From contig CAYJVT010000008.1 in NCBI GenBank assembly GCA_964373695.1, positions 1 through 44,122 on the forward strand: DNA of 44,122 nucleotides. The letters are read 5' to 3'. The notes below the pieces were generated by a model. That model had not been told where the DNA came from. It worked only from the letters and a program-made list of their open reading frames with translations, and made no database searches. This document shows, in pieces, positions 33,882 to 43,980 of this stretch. Both the position numbers and the translations under genes were made by a program. Each line of letters starts with the position of its first letter. Within the stretch, counting starts at the first letter, position 1. Source of the DNA: an uncultured archaeon (GTDB lineage Archaea > Aenigmatarchaeota > Aenigmatarchaeia > GW2011-AR5).

Positions 33882-36800
33882 ATGCTTGACAAGGTGAAGA
33901 GCCTTAGGGGCTCGCTGTACAGGAAGGCCGTTTCACGGAAACAGAAGAAGGAGCTGCCGCCTTCGCTCAGCAGGAGCGGGCAGATGCTCCTTATCATGCG
34001 GAACCATCAGAGATTTGAAAGATATCCGAAGTTCACGGTCCGCGAGAACAAGATGACGTCCCTGCCGCCGCCCCACAGCGTCAGCTTCAGGCATGTCATA
34101 TACCCGCTCATAACGCCCTACGCATATGCCAACGTGAAGTACGACGAGAAGGACGCGTCGCTCGTCTACAACGTCATGGAGCCGAAGCTCACCAAAAAGG
34201 AAAGCGTGATATTCGAGAAGCTGAAGGACGGGCTGATGCAGGTGATAAATGTCGGGATATCGGACATCAAGACGAACGAGAAGATAATAGACTTCCTGGA
34301 GGAGAAGATACAGCACCTCCTGAAGGAGTTCGGAATAGACCTCACCGACAAGGAATATTCGAAGATACTTTACTACATCTTCAGGGATTTCGTCGGGCTC
34401 AACGAAGTCGAGCCCCTCCTGAAGGATCCCTACATAGAGGACATAGGGGTTGACGGAACCGGCATACCGGTGTACATCGTCCACCAGAGGTTTGGCTCCA
34501 TCAGGACCAATGTAATATATGACACCGAGGCAAAGCTCAGGGAATTCGTGACGAAGCTTGCCGAGAGGTGCGACAGGTACATAAGCTACGCGGAGCCGCT
34601 GCTCGACGGCACGCTGCCCGACGGGGCGAGGGTCCAGGCCTCGCTGGCCAGCGACGTGACGACCAGGGGGCCGACATTCTCGATAAGGAAGTTCAGGGAA
34701 GTCCCGCTGTCGCCGGTGGACATAATAAGGTACAACACGGCCTCGCCCGAGATGCTCGCCTACATATGGTACCTCGTCGAGAACGGCGCAAACATACTTC
34801 TTGCAGGCGGCGTGTCGACGGGGAAGACGTCGATGCTCAACGCCATCTCCATGTTCATACCGAGCGAGCTGAAAATCGTGAGCATCGAAGACAGCGTTAC
34901 TGGGGACGCGGAAATCATAGTCAGGAAAGACGACAAAACAAGAATAACAAAGATAGGGGAGCTTATAGACGGCCTGCTTGAAGAGTCAGGCGAAAAGGAG
35001 AAGGTAAAGAATGAAGATATCGAAGTCCTTACAATGGATGCGGATTATAAGATGACTTTTAAGAAAGCCGGAAGTTTTATACGACATCTTGTAAACAAGG
35101 ACATATACGAAATTACAACTTCAACTGGAAGAAAAGTGAAGGTCACGCAAGACCACTCCCTATTCGGATTGGATGGAAACGGCGAAATAAAGGAAATAAC
35201 GCCCCTAGAACTAAAGGAAGTAGAATTTCTTGCAACCCCAAGAACTATACCATGGGAAGGAAATGAAACAAAAACGATAAACCTCCTTGATTATCCGGAT
35301 GCCTTCAGGGGAGATTTTATCACGGGCGATATCGGCGAAATTTTCGAGAAAGTCAAATATGAAAAGTTCAAAGAATTTGGCGTAGGCATTCAGAAATACA
35401 GATACTGGAAGAAAAACAAAATAATTGAAACTTCTGTTTTCAGAAGACTTGCAGTCGATATCGAACCACAAAGACTGAAGATAACCGGAAAGAGGCCAAG
35501 CAGGTCGCTGCCTGCAATATTCGAGATTTCCGATGAGTTTTTGGAATTTCTTGGCCTATGGGTTGGCGACGGCTCTTATGACGGGTATAATAAAAACAGG
35601 GTTATAATTTCCAATATAGATTCCGAATGCATAAAATGCGTAAAAAATGTGGCTGAAAAGCTCGGCATAAAAGTAAGCCTTATGCCGGACAAAGTTTCAA
35701 TGAGCATAAATTCGACGCTTCTCTACAAATTCATGAAGGCCTTGGGTTTTGTAGGATATGCGCATACAAAACGCGTCCCGGAATTTATTCACAGTCTTTC
35801 AAAAAGACAGGTATCATCGTTTTTGAGAGGCTATTTCTCGGCCAATGGTTCCGTGAAGAATTTTGAGCTCAGATGTTCATCACAGAGCCTGAATCTGTTG
35901 AATGACGTACAGACATTGCTTCTGAGGTTTGAAATAATATCAAGAATTTCCCATTATAAGAGAAAAGATAAATGCAGGGAGTTGTGCATATCTTCTTCAG
36001 AAAATATCATGCCTTTCAATGAAATAGGCTTTTTACAGGCAAGAAAGATGGAAAAAATAGATATAATAGGAGCAAGGAAATCACATCACGCAAAAACTGA
36101 TATAGTACCTCTTGGAACTGGATTGCTGAAAGAAATAAACAAATTTGAGAAGCTTTCGTGGCCTTACCAGCAGGGAATGCAGAATATAGGGAGGCCATAC
36201 CTTGAAGAGATAAGCGACGAGGCGGATTCTGAAATCCTTTCAAGACTTGCAAATTCCGACATATTCTGGGACAAGCTCAGGGAAGTAAGGAAACTTCCCA
36301 GGAAAGATATATATGTCTATGACATAAGCGTGCCGGAAACGGAGAATTTTGTCTGCTCAAACATACTTTTGCACAACACGAGAGAATTGAATTTGCCCCA
36401 TGAGAACTGGATTCCCGGCGTGGCCAGGGCCGGCTTCACCGGCACCGGAGTGGGGGAGGTCGACATGTTCCAGCTCCTGAAGGAAAGCTTCAGGCAGAAT
36501 CCGGATTACCTGATAGTAGGAGAGATACGAGGGAAGGAAGCCTACGTGATGTTCCAAGGAATGGCGTCAATACCCGGCGAGCAAAAAGTCCTTGTAGTAA
36601 ACGACAATAATCTAAAGAGAATTCCCATAGGCTCTTTAAATGCAAAAAGCACCTTTAAAGTCCCGACATTCGACTTCAATAATAATATTGTAAAACTATC
36701 GCATTTTTCGAAGGTAGAGCATTCGCCAACAAACGAATTGTACAAAATAACTACTTCGACAGGCAGAAGCATAACGACCACTGCCCACCATTCTCTCTTT

Positions 36801-38390
36801 ACATTCAAAAACGGGAGAGTGGAAACAGTACCTTCGCATGAAATGAAAAATAGCGACAGCATCGTGATACCAGGACTTCTGCCGTCAGGATTCAATGATA
36901 TAGGAAAGCTCGATTTGATTGAAATGCTACCGGAAGTAAGAATATTCGCCCCCGGCTACGTGAAGCAGGCTGTTGAAAAGCTGGGATATGAAGAGGCATC
37001 TAAGGCGGCCGGTGTCGCTGGAATATCTGATTATTACGCCAATTTTGCAGGAAACAGCCAGTCGTCATTGCATGCAAAAAAGTTTTTTAGTCTGATGGAG
37101 GCGGCCGGAATAAAGTATGACAAAGAAGAGATATTTGTAAAGTTCGACAGAAAAAGTGAGTCATTCCCCGCCATGCTTCAAATAACGCCTGAACTGCTGA
37201 GGCTTATCGGATACTTCATATCGGAAGGAAGCCTTAGTAAATCAAGAAAAAATAGCAGAATATCCCTCTATTCAAAGGATAAAATTATTCTGGAAGACAT
37301 GAGAAAGTGCATAATGTCGGTAACAAGAAAGACGCCGAAGGAAAGGGAAACCAGAGGATTCGGAGTATCCACCGAGCTTTCATTCAACCACAAAGTTTTA
37401 TTTGAACTCTTGAAAATACAGAGCGGAGAAAATGGCAAAACGAGAAAGATACCGGACTTTATATTTGGCCTGTCAAAACAAAGAATAGGCGAATTTTTAT
37501 CCGGACTTTACAATGGAGACGGCAGCTTCGGCAGGTATGCATTTTCATATTATACCATATCTGAAGAGCTTGCCAGCGACCTTGCGCAGCTTCTGATGTC
37601 TTACGGGATAGTGACATCCATAATAAAAAGACAGAGAAAAGGGAGAAAAACGACAGACTATGAAATAAAGTTTTATACTTATGACGAAAAGACAGAGTTT
37701 TTGAAATATATAACCCCCCTGAAAAAAGCGGGCAATCTTTCAAAGGGAAGAAAAAACAGAAAGAAAATCGGCGACCTTTACATAGACAAGGTAAAAAGCA
37801 TAGAAAAAATAATGCTGGAAAATCCCGTGAAAGTCTATGATTTATGCGTCCCGAGCACCCAGAATTTTGTCGGCGGGTTTGGCGGCATAGTGCTGCATAA
37901 TTCCGGTCATCCATCATTGAGCACAATACATGCCGGCGGCATAAACGACCTCATAAAGAGGCTGGAGACCGAGCCGATAAACCTGTCTCCCGGGCTTCTG
38001 GAGAGCCTGGACGCCGTCATAGTCATGGTCCATGCAAGGGAGCACGGCAAGTCGGCCAGGCGCGTCAAGGAGATAGTCGAGGTGGAGAGCATAGACCTGC
38101 AGTCAGGCCAGCCCAGGATAAACAAGAGCTTCTCTTGGCTGCCCTCGGAAGACTCCTTCCTGTACAAGGGCAATTCATGGCTGCTGAACAAGATATCTGG
38201 CGAGCGCGGCACGCCCATGAGCGACATAGTCAGGGACATATCCAGGAGGAAGAAATTCCTCAGCATACTGCACCAGAACAACGTCACGAAGATGGAAGAC
38301 GTGGCGAAATACATAAACGTATACAGAAGGAACCCGAAGCGCGTTGACAGCGTGATAAACGGCACCCAGAGGCTGGAAGATATAATATGA
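33882..38390 (+). CDS. Type II/IV secretion (VirB11/GspE/FlaI-like) ATPase with two inteins
   Basis: DPYIEDI, FSIRKF, GGVSTGKTS, SIED|TRE, RQNPDYLIVGEIRG.EA and MA|SGH..LSTIHAG motifs. Spliced product is 562 aa. Confidence 0.93.
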   Translation: MLDKVKSLRGSLYRKAVSRKQKKELPPSLSRSGQMLLIMRNHQRFERYPKFTVRENKMTSLPPPHSVSFRHVIYPLITPYAYANVKYDEKDASLVYNVMEPKLTKKESVIFEKLKDGLMQVINVGISDIKTNEKIIDFLEEKIQHLLKEFGIDLTDKEYSKILYYIFRDFVGLNEVEPLLKDPYIEDIGVDGTGIPVYIVHQRFGSIRTNVIYDTEAKLREFVTKLAERCDRYISYAEPLLDGTLPDGARVQASLASDVTTRGPTFSIRKFREVPLSPVDIIRYNTASPEMLAYIWYLVENGANILLAGGVSTGKTSMLNAISMFIPSELKIVSIEDSVTGDAEIIVRKDDKTRITKIGELIDGLLEESGEKEKVKNEDIEVLTMDADYKMTFKKAGSFIRHLVNKDIYEITTSTGRKVKVTQDHSLFGLDGNGEIKEITPLELKEVEFLATPRTIPWEGNETKTINLLDYPDAFRGDFITGDIGEIFEKVKYEKFKEFGVGIQKYRYWKKNKIIETSVFRRLAVDIEPQRLKITGKRPSRSLPAIFEISDEFLEFLGLWVGDGSYDGYNKNRVIISNIDSECIKCVKNVAEKLGIKVSLMPDKVSMSINSTLLYKFMKALGFVGYAHTKRVPEFIHSLSKRQVSSFLRGYFSANGSVKNFELRCSSQSLNLLNDVQTLLLRFEIISRISHYKRKDKCRELCISSSENIMPFNEIGFLQARKMEKIDIIGARKSHHAKTDIVPLGTGLLKEINKFEKLSWPYQQGMQNIGRPYLEEISDEADSEILSRLANSDIFWDKLREVRKLPRKDIYVYDISVPETENFVCSNILLHNTRELNLPHENWIPGVARAGFTGTGVGEVDMFQLLKESFRQNPDYLIVGEIRGKEAYVMFQGMASIPGEQKVLVVNDNNLKRIPIGSLNAKSTFKVPTFDFNNNIVKLSHFSKVEHSPTNELYKITTSTGRSITTTAHHSLFTFKNGRVETVPSHEMKNSDSIVIPGLLPSGFNDIGKLDLIEMLPEVRIFAPGYVKQAVEKLGYEEASKAAGVAGISDYYANFAGNSQSSLHAKKFFSLMEAAGIKYDKEEIFVKFDRKSESFPAMLQITPELLRLIGYFISEGSLSKSRKNSRISLYSKDKIILEDMRKCIMSVTRKTPKERETRGFGVSTELSFNHKVLFELLKIQSGENGKTRKIPDFIFGLSKQRIGEFLSGLYNGDGSFGRYAFSYYTISEELASDLAQLLMSYGIVTSIIKRQRKGRKTTDYEIKFYTYDEKTEFLKYITPLKKAGNLSKGRKNRKKIGDLYIDKVKSIEKIMLENPVKVYDLCVPSTQNFVGGFGGIVLHNSGHPSLSTIHAGGINDLIKRLETEPINLSPGLLESLDAVIVMVHAREHGKSARRVKEIVEVESIDLQSGQPRINKSFSWLPSEDSFLYKGNSWLLNKISGERGTPMSDIVRDISRRKKFLSILHQNNVTKMEDVAKYINVYRRNPKRVDSVINGTQRLEDII
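34893..36377 (+). mobile_element. Intein (495 aa, Ser-1) in the ATPase SIED|T motif
   Basis: Starts SVTGDAEI; block B VKVTQDHSLF; EN motifs LGLWVGDG and FLRGYFSANG; ends LLHN before Thr. Confidence 0.92.
36567..37901 (+). mobile_element. Intein (445 aa, Ser-1) before the ATPase GH motif
   Basis: Starts SIPGEQKV; block B ITTTAHHSLF; EN motifs IGYFISEG and FLSGLYNGDG; ends VLHN before Ser. Confidence 0.92.
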
Positions 38391-39052
38391 AGAGGCTCAG
38401 CTCGTGCGCGAACGGCCTTGACAGGCTGATAGGCGGCGGGTTCCCCGAGAACGACGTCATCCTCCTGTCCGGCGGCAGCGGCTCAGGCAAGACGATATTC
38501 GGGCTGCAGTTCGTGTGCACTCCGAAGAGCGAGCCGGGGCTTTACATAACGTTCGAGGACGAGCCATTGGAAATACGCTCGATAGCGGATTCTTTCGGGT
38601 GGGACATAAACCTGGAGGAGGAAAAGGGCCGCGTGAGGGTGGTAAAGTTCGACCCGTTCCAGCTCGAGGACGTCATGGACCTCATACAGAACAACATAAG
38701 GGAGATGGGCGCCTCGCGCGTCGTCATCGACTCCATATCGTCCCTCGGGACATACACCAATGAGACATCGGAGCTGAGGAGGAACATACTCCTGATAAAG
38801 GAGATAATGAAAAAGAACAAGTGCACGACGGTGATGATATCCGAGACTCCCGGCAGCGGCATATCGCGCTTCGGGGTCGAGGAGTTCATAGCCGACGGCG
38901 TGATAGCGCTGCGCAGCATCCTCTTCAGGGGCGAGTACAGGAGAGGCCTTAACATAGTGAAGATGCGCGGCACGCAGCATTCCAGCAGGCTCCACCAGTA
39001 CGAGATAACAGGAAAAGGATTTTCGGTTTCGCAGAAGACTCTTTACGCCTGA
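38387..39052 (+). CDS. Single-domain KaiC/RAD55-family ATPase
   Basis: GLDRLIGGGFP, SGGSGSGKT, RVVIDS, VEEFIADGVI and IVKMRGT.H motifs. Confidence 0.88.
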   Translation: MKRLSSCANGLDRLIGGGFPENDVILLSGGSGSGKTIFGLQFVCTPKSEPGLYITFEDEPLEIRSIADSFGWDINLEEEKGRVRVVKFDPFQLEDVMDLIQNNIREMGASRVVIDSISSLGTYTNETSELRRNILLIKEIMKKNKCTTVMISETPGSGISRFGVEEFIADGVIALRSILFRGEYRRGLNIVKMRGTQHSSRLHQYEITGKGFSVSQKTLYA

Positions 39053-39100
39053 AGGCCGATTCTCTGGATTTATATCATGCCGCCGCAATAGTTAAAATAT

Positions 39101-39967
39101 ATGCTGGAATCTTGGGTCAGGGTTCTTGGAAGGCACGGCGTCAGGCACCTCTCGGCGTACACGAAGCCCCTGAAGGAGGAAATACTGAAATCCAACCTCA
39201 CGATACTGTTCGAGATATACCTCGGAAGGATGCTGCTCATAACGATATTATCCTTCATCATGGTCTTCGCCTTCATAACGGCGTCCTTCACGCTGTTCGG
39301 CGTGCCCGTGCTGATATCGGCAGTAAGCGCGCTGATAGCGTCGGTGACGACGGCGTTCTTCGTGTTCACAATACATTATTCGTATCCCTTCCACCTGATA
39401 ACGTCGAAGAAGAGCAGCATAGAGGCGAACTCGCCCTTCGTGATAAACCACATGGCGGCAATAGCCGCGTCCGGCGTGCCGCCCTTCGTCATATTCAGGC
39501 TCGTGTCGAGGATACCCGAGTACGAGGAGATATCGAACGAGTGCAAGAGGATAGTGAGGAACGTGGAGACCTTCGGCATGGACATCGTGACGGCTATCGA
39601 GAACGTCTCCGGCAGGACGCCGTCCGAGAAGTTCAGGCAGTTCCTCGGAGGCTTCGTCGCGGTGATAAACACAGGCGGCAACCTGCAGAGCTACCTGGAT
39701 AACGAGGCGAAGGAGGCACTGTTCAACTACAGGCTCAGGAGGGAGAAGTACATGCAGGCGCTTTCCACCTATGCAGACCTGTACACCGCGGTGCTGATAG
39801 CGGCGCCGCTGTTCTTCGTCTCCATACTGTCCATAATGTCGCTGGTGGGCGGCAGCGTATTAGGCCTGCCGATAGACGTTGCGCTAAGGCTAGGCATCTT
39901 CACGCTTATACCCATACTGAACATATTTTTCATAGCATTCGTCCACTACACCCAACCGAGGGTATAA
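39101..39967 (+). CDS. Type II secretion system F / TadC-like platform protein
   Basis: SPFVINHMAAIAASG..P..IF, E.KRIVRNVE.FG.D, TPSEKFRQFL; several TM helices. Confidence 0.85.
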   Translation: MLESWVRVLGRHGVRHLSAYTKPLKEEILKSNLTILFEIYLGRMLLITILSFIMVFAFITASFTLFGVPVLISAVSALIASVTTAFFVFTIHYSYPFHLITSKKSSIEANSPFVINHMAAIAASGVPPFVIFRLVSRIPEYEEISNECKRIVRNVETFGMDIVTAIENVSGRTPSEKFRQFLGGFVAVINTGGNLQSYLDNEAKEALFNYRLRREKYMQALSTYADLYTAVLIAAPLFFVSILSIMSLVGGSVLGLPIDVALRLGIFTLIPILNIFFIAFVHYTQPRV

Positions 39968-39968
39968 A

Positions 39969-40775
39969 ATGGCAAAAATAGACTTAAGGAAGAACGCGGC
40001 AAGCATAGCTTCCGTCATGGCAGGCTTGTTGCTTGTATACGTGAATTTCACCCTCTTCTCGGGCCATCCGCAGCTCTTCTCCATCATAAACCTCATGGCC
40101 GGCTTCCTGATAATCGGCATCCCGCTCGTCGTGAAATACGAGGGGTACAACAAGGTAAAGAAGATAGAGGATCTGTTCCCGAAGTACCTCGGCGACATAG
40201 CACAGAACATCGCGTCCGGCATGACGCTGCCGCAGGCTATGCGCACAGCATCGAAGAACGACTACGGCGTGCTCACGCCCCTCGTCAAGGAGATAACGGC
40301 CAAGATATCATGGGGCATAACGCTCGAGAGAGTGCTCCATGACTTTGCCGAGAAGACCGGCAGCCGCCTGATGAAAAGGAACGTGCAGACGATAATAGAG
40401 ACCCACCGCTCCGGCGGCAGCATAGACACCGTGCTGAAGTCTGTGGCCCAGTCGCTGATAGAGCTGGAGAAGATAAAGAAGGAGAGGTCGGCAAGCGTAT
40501 ACTCCCAGATGATAAACGGTTATGTAATATACCTGATATTCCTCGGCGTCATGATAGGCTTGTCGTCGTTCCTCATACCCACGTTCAAGTTCAACGAGAC
40601 GAACTCCAACCTGGAGCAGACCTTCAAGGAGATATTCCAGAGCCTCGTGGTAATACAGGGATTCTTCGCAGGCATATCGATAGGCAAGCTTGCTGAAGGA
40701 AGCTTGCAGGCTGGAATAAAGCACTCGATGGTGCTCGTGGTGTTCGGCTACTCGGCCTTAATACTTTTCGGGTGA
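39969..40775 (+). CDS. Second type II secretion system F / TadC-like protein
   Basis: FPKYL.DIA.NIASGMTLPQA, YG.LT..V..I.AKISWG and SGG.I..VL motifs. Confidence 0.85.
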   Translation: MAKIDLRKNAASIASVMAGLLLVYVNFTLFSGHPQLFSIINLMAGFLIIGIPLVVKYEGYNKVKKIEDLFPKYLGDIAQNIASGMTLPQAMRTASKNDYGVLTPLVKEITAKISWGITLERVLHDFAEKTGSRLMKRNVQTIIETHRSGGSIDTVLKSVAQSLIELEKIKKERSASVYSQMINGYVIYLIFLGVMIGLSSFLIPTFKFNETNSNLEQTFKEIFQSLVVIQGFFAGISIGKLAEGSLQAGIKHSMVLVVFGYSALILFG

Positions 40776-40779
40776 CACA

Positions 40780-40989
40780 ATGAAAGAAACTGAAGGACGC
40801 ATCCTTGCCGTGCTTGAGGGGAGCGCCGTCTCGCTCACACACGAGGAGATTTCAGAGCAGACAGGCATCACACTGCCGGCGAGCGCGAAATGCCTCGAAA
40901 GCCTTGAAGCCAAGGGCCTGGCAGAAAGGCGGACGCCAGGCGGCATCGCGCTCTACACTGTAAAGGGAAGGAAAAGGGGTCTGATTTGA
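40780..40989 (+). CDS. Small winged-HTH protein
   Basis: RILAVL....LT.EEISEQTGIT...A.KCL..LE.KGL.ERR. Confidence 0.7.
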   Translation: MKETEGRILAVLEGSAVSLTHEEISEQTGITLPASAKCLESLEAKGLAERRTPGGIALYTVKGRKRGLI

Positions 40990-41687
40990 AAGCCGTTCAT
41001 ATCATCATTGCATTCACCCTGCTCATGCCGGTTGCCTTGGCCCAGGAGCTCACGAGCGCATCTTACATATTGACATCAAACATCCTTGACAGCTCCGGCG
41101 GCGGCCAGAACAGCTCCTCGTACAAAACCGAGATAACGCTCGGTTACGTGTCAGGCCAAACGAGCTCGCAAAATTTCACGGCCGACATAGGGTTCTTTTT
41201 CGGGCAAATAGCCCCGATTCTCACTTTTCCAACCAACGTCGCCTTCAGGCTCTCGTTCAACATAAACGGCATCTCCGGCGACAGCACCTATGTCGGCAGC
41301 ATCGGGACAGGATTCTACAGGTCCAATAACATATCAGGAAATTATGGATGCGTTGATGACCTGAACAACGCGTTTGGCATCGTCATGCTAGGCACCCTTG
41401 ACTACATAAATGCGTCGTCCGGCAACATAACGGTGAGCGAGACCCACGAGGGAAACAGGTTCGCCATCCCAGTTGTCGGAAGGAACTGCAGCTTCATAGG
41501 GACAAAGGTGCTCGTGCACCCCCTGCAGGCCTTCCTGCCGACCGGGGAGGCAATAGGCGCCATAGAGCTCGTGCTGGAATATCCCGGCATAGACATAAGG
41601 GGCGACTATGAGAGGACAGGAATTTTCACGCTCGTTATCGAGAGGAACGAGAGCGACGACAAGCAGCTCATATTCGACATAATCTGA
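40986..41687 (+). CDS. Secreted/surface hypothetical protein
   Basis: N-terminal signal peptide (..VALA|Q); Ser/Thr/Asn-rich; within the pilus-type operon. Confidence 0.7.
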   Translation: MKAVHIIIAFTLLMPVALAQELTSASYILTSNILDSSGGGQNSSSYKTEITLGYVSGQTSSQNFTADIGFFFGQIAPILTFPTNVAFRLSFNINGISGDSTYVGSIGTGFYRSNNISGNYGCVDDLNNAFGIVMLGTLDYINASSGNITVSETHEGNRFAIPVVGRNCSFIGTKVLVHPLQAFLPTGEAIGAIELVLEYPGIDIRGDYERTGIFTLVIERNESDDKQLIFDII

Positions 41688-41692
41688 TTCAT

Positions 41693-42466
41693 ATGAAAGC
41701 GAAAACCGGAAAGAGGATGAAAGATGCCAGGAGAGGCAAGCCTTTGTCACGAATGAAAGGCGATTTGATAGCCGGCGCACTGAGCGTGGCGATAATAATA
41801 ACGTCCACCATGATAGTGGTCAACACCATAAACCCCCTCATAGAGGAAGGGAAAAGCACCCAGTCATTCAACGACGCCAGGAACATCCTCACGAGCCTGG
41901 ACGCGACGATAGGCGGGATGATGGTCGAGGCGCCGGGCTCGAAGCGAAGCATAAACGTGGATTTGCGCGGCGGCAAGATGACGGTGAGCGGTAAGGACGA
42001 CAAGATAAAAATCCGCATAGAGGATATAAGGCTGCTGGAGGCCGGCATCACCGTGGAAGAAAGCAATATACTGATAAGCGGAGGCGGAACCGTAAAGTCC
42101 TACGAGAAGGACATAGACAGCGACGGCGACACCGACCTCGTCCTGGAGAATCTGGCAGTCATATTCGCCGTCCAGAAAACAGGCACCCCCGGAAGCCATG
42201 CGGCAATAAACACAACGACATTCATAACGCAGATAAAGAACGTCCGCACGGGGATAAACATAACGCCGTCAAGCGGCATAACCATCAACAACCTGGAGAA
42301 TTCAGCATACGGGAACGGCTTCACGGAGCTGACGCAGACCACCGACGCGGATTCGAAAGGCATACGCGCTTTCGTCAACTCCACTTCAGGCCTGCGGTAC
42401 GAAGCCCTGTTTACTTTGCAGGCGGCGAAGGACTTCGTGGAACTCCAGGTGAAGAGGATCGCATAA
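41693..42466 (+). CDS. Pilin-like protein (class III signal peptide-like)
   Basis: Basic N-terminus ending KG, then hydrophobic DLIAGALSVAIIITSTMIVV and a helical P.I segment. Confidence 0.6.
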   Translation: MKAKTGKRMKDARRGKPLSRMKGDLIAGALSVAIIITSTMIVVNTINPLIEEGKSTQSFNDARNILTSLDATIGGMMVEAPGSKRSINVDLRGGKMTVSGKDDKIKIRIEDIRLLEAGITVEESNILISGGGTVKSYEKDIDSDGDTDLVLENLAVIFAVQKTGTPGSHAAINTTTFITQIKNVRTGINITPSSGITINNLENSAYGNGFTELTQTTDADSKGIRAFVNSTSGLRYEALFTLQAAKDFVELQVKRIA

Positions 42467-42593
42467 TAATTAATATAAGAAATGGATACAAATATACTGA
42501 AGGACATAAATTAATGATATATTATGCCCTTCGGGATATACATAGACATTTGTAAAGTTCATAAAATAATGTCTTTGTGTACAATAAAAGGTG

Positions 42594-42965
42594 ATGAAAT
42601 TGAAAAAATTCACTAAAGAATGGTTTGACAAGGCATTATCTGATTTTGAAGTAGCCAATGATATGATTAAATTAAAAAAATATGATTACGCGGCTTTCTG
42701 GTGCCAGCAGGCATGTGAAAAAGCCCTCAAAGCGATGCAAATAGAAAAAGAAGGAAAGTTCGACAAAATCCATGACCTTTCCCTGCTTTCTGAAAAGGTT
42801 TGTGCTCCTCCTGAAATAAACAAAATATGCAAAGAACTTACGCTGGCATATACTTATACAAGATATCCTGATATATCATCAAGTAAAATTGACATGAAAA
42901 AAATTTCTCATGATTTTATCAATAAAACGGAGAAGGTAATTTCATGGATAAGAAAAAATCTTTGA
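42594..42965 (+). CDS. HEPN domain protein
   Basis: W...A..DFEVA......YDYAAFWCQQACEKALKA, IHDL and Y...RYPD motifs; GGTGA SD. Confidence 0.9.
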   Translation: MKLKKFTKEWFDKALSDFEVANDMIKLKKYDYAAFWCQQACEKALKAMQIEKEGKFDKIHDLSLLSEKVCAPPEINKICKELTLAYTYTRYPDISSSKIDMKKISHDFINKTEKVISWIRKNL

Positions 42966-43261
42966 TAAAAAAGCTCAGACGGTTCAAGGACAATGCGAAT
43001 AAGGAAATCCGTATAGACAAACTTATTTTATTCGGTTCTTCTGCATCTAGAAAAACCCACAGATGGAGCGATGTGGATTTAATAATAGTGAGCCCCGACT
43101 TTAGAAGAATGAATTTTTTCCAGAGAGGGGTAAAGATGTACAACTACTGGGACATCAAAAAGCCCGTTGACTTTCTTTGCTTCACGCCCGAAGAGTTCAG
43201 GGAAAAGAGCAAAGGGATAACAATCGTAAGAGAAGCTTTGAAGGAAGGAATAGCCATATGA
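42944..43261 (+). CDS. Minimal nucleotidyltransferase (MNT)
   Basis: ILFGS.A......WSDVDLIIVS, PVDFLCFTPEEF. Confidence 0.9.
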   Translation: MDKKKSLIKKLRRFKDNANKEIRIDKLILFGSSASRKTHRWSDVDLIIVSPDFRRMNFFQRGVKMYNYWDIKKPVDFLCFTPEEFREKSKGITIVREALKEGIAI

Positions 43262-43293
43262 GGAAAATCACTGAAGGCAATAACTAGATGTTT

Positions 43294-43348
43294 TCAGGTC
43301 TCGCCTCTGCAGCCATACCCACCATAATGAACTTGCAGGGCAGGCTGA
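43294..43348 (+). repeat. 55-nt direct repeat, copy 1 (5' fragment of the downstream secreted-protein gene)
   Basis: Identical to 44068-44122. Confidence 0.95.
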
Positions 43349-43391
43349 CGGACTCCACGACGGTGGCGGTGAACGGCACCAAGGTGAAAAA

Positions 43392-43889
43392 ATGAAAAGA
43401 GTTATATTGGATACGAACATCTACGGCAGAATAGTCGAGAGAAAGGAAGAGGAAGAAGTACAAAAATCCTTGGAAAAAAGAAAAGATATCATTATATATG
43501 GTTTTGATGTTGTGAGAAAGGAATTGCGAGATTTATCCGGTCAAACCCTTATGGGGAGAAAAAAACTAAGGATTTTGCTTCTGGTTCTCTATGATAAACT
43601 AGTGAAATCGCATGCTTATTTTAAGACATCTTTGGTTACACATCTGGCAGACGATTATTATTCTACATACCGTCAAGTAGGCGGTCAAAAACCCAAAAAT
43701 AAGATATTCGATGATTTCCTGATAGTCGCATGTGCGAGCTTGCATGAACTTGATATAGTTGTTTCGAACGATAACAAGAGCATGCTTAGTGATGAGGCAA
43801 TAAATACTTACAATATAGTCAATAATTTGAGAAAATACAGAATGCCGGAATTCATAGGTTATGATAAATTCAGGAGGTTGTTTTCTTGA
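43392..43889 (+). CDS. Atypical PIN-domain protein (165 aa)
   Basis: VILDTNIYG, VVRKEL, DDFLIVACAS and IVVSNDNKSM motifs; GGTGA SD. Confidence 0.85.
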   Translation: MKRVILDTNIYGRIVERKEEEEVQKSLEKRKDIIIYGFDVVRKELRDLSGQTLMGRKKLRILLLVLYDKLVKSHAYFKTSLVTHLADDYYSTYRQVGGQKPKNKIFDDFLIVACASLHELDIVVSNDNKSMLSDEAINTYNIVNNLRKYRMPEFIGYDKFRRLFS

Positions 43890-43980
43890 CAAAGTCCTTA
43901 ACAGCTTTGCGGAATTCTGGGTCTTTATGCCATTCCCTTACTTTAGCCCAGAACATATCGTCTTTATTTTTTGGTTTCAT
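43870..43980 (-). CDS. Micro-ORF (36 aa) convergent on and overlapping the PIN gene
   Basis: MKPKNKDDMFWAKVREWHKDPEFRKAVKDFVKKTTS; TTTTAAATA box 22 nt upstream (leaderless spacing). Confidence 0.6.
   Translation of the reverse strand: MKPKNKDDMFWAKVREWHKDPEFRKAVKDFVKKTTS

Noticed and set aside
33882-42466. Archaellum (motility) operon
   Set aside because: No archaellin, FlaF/G or chemotaxis genes were recognised; the two TadC-like genes fit a pilus better.
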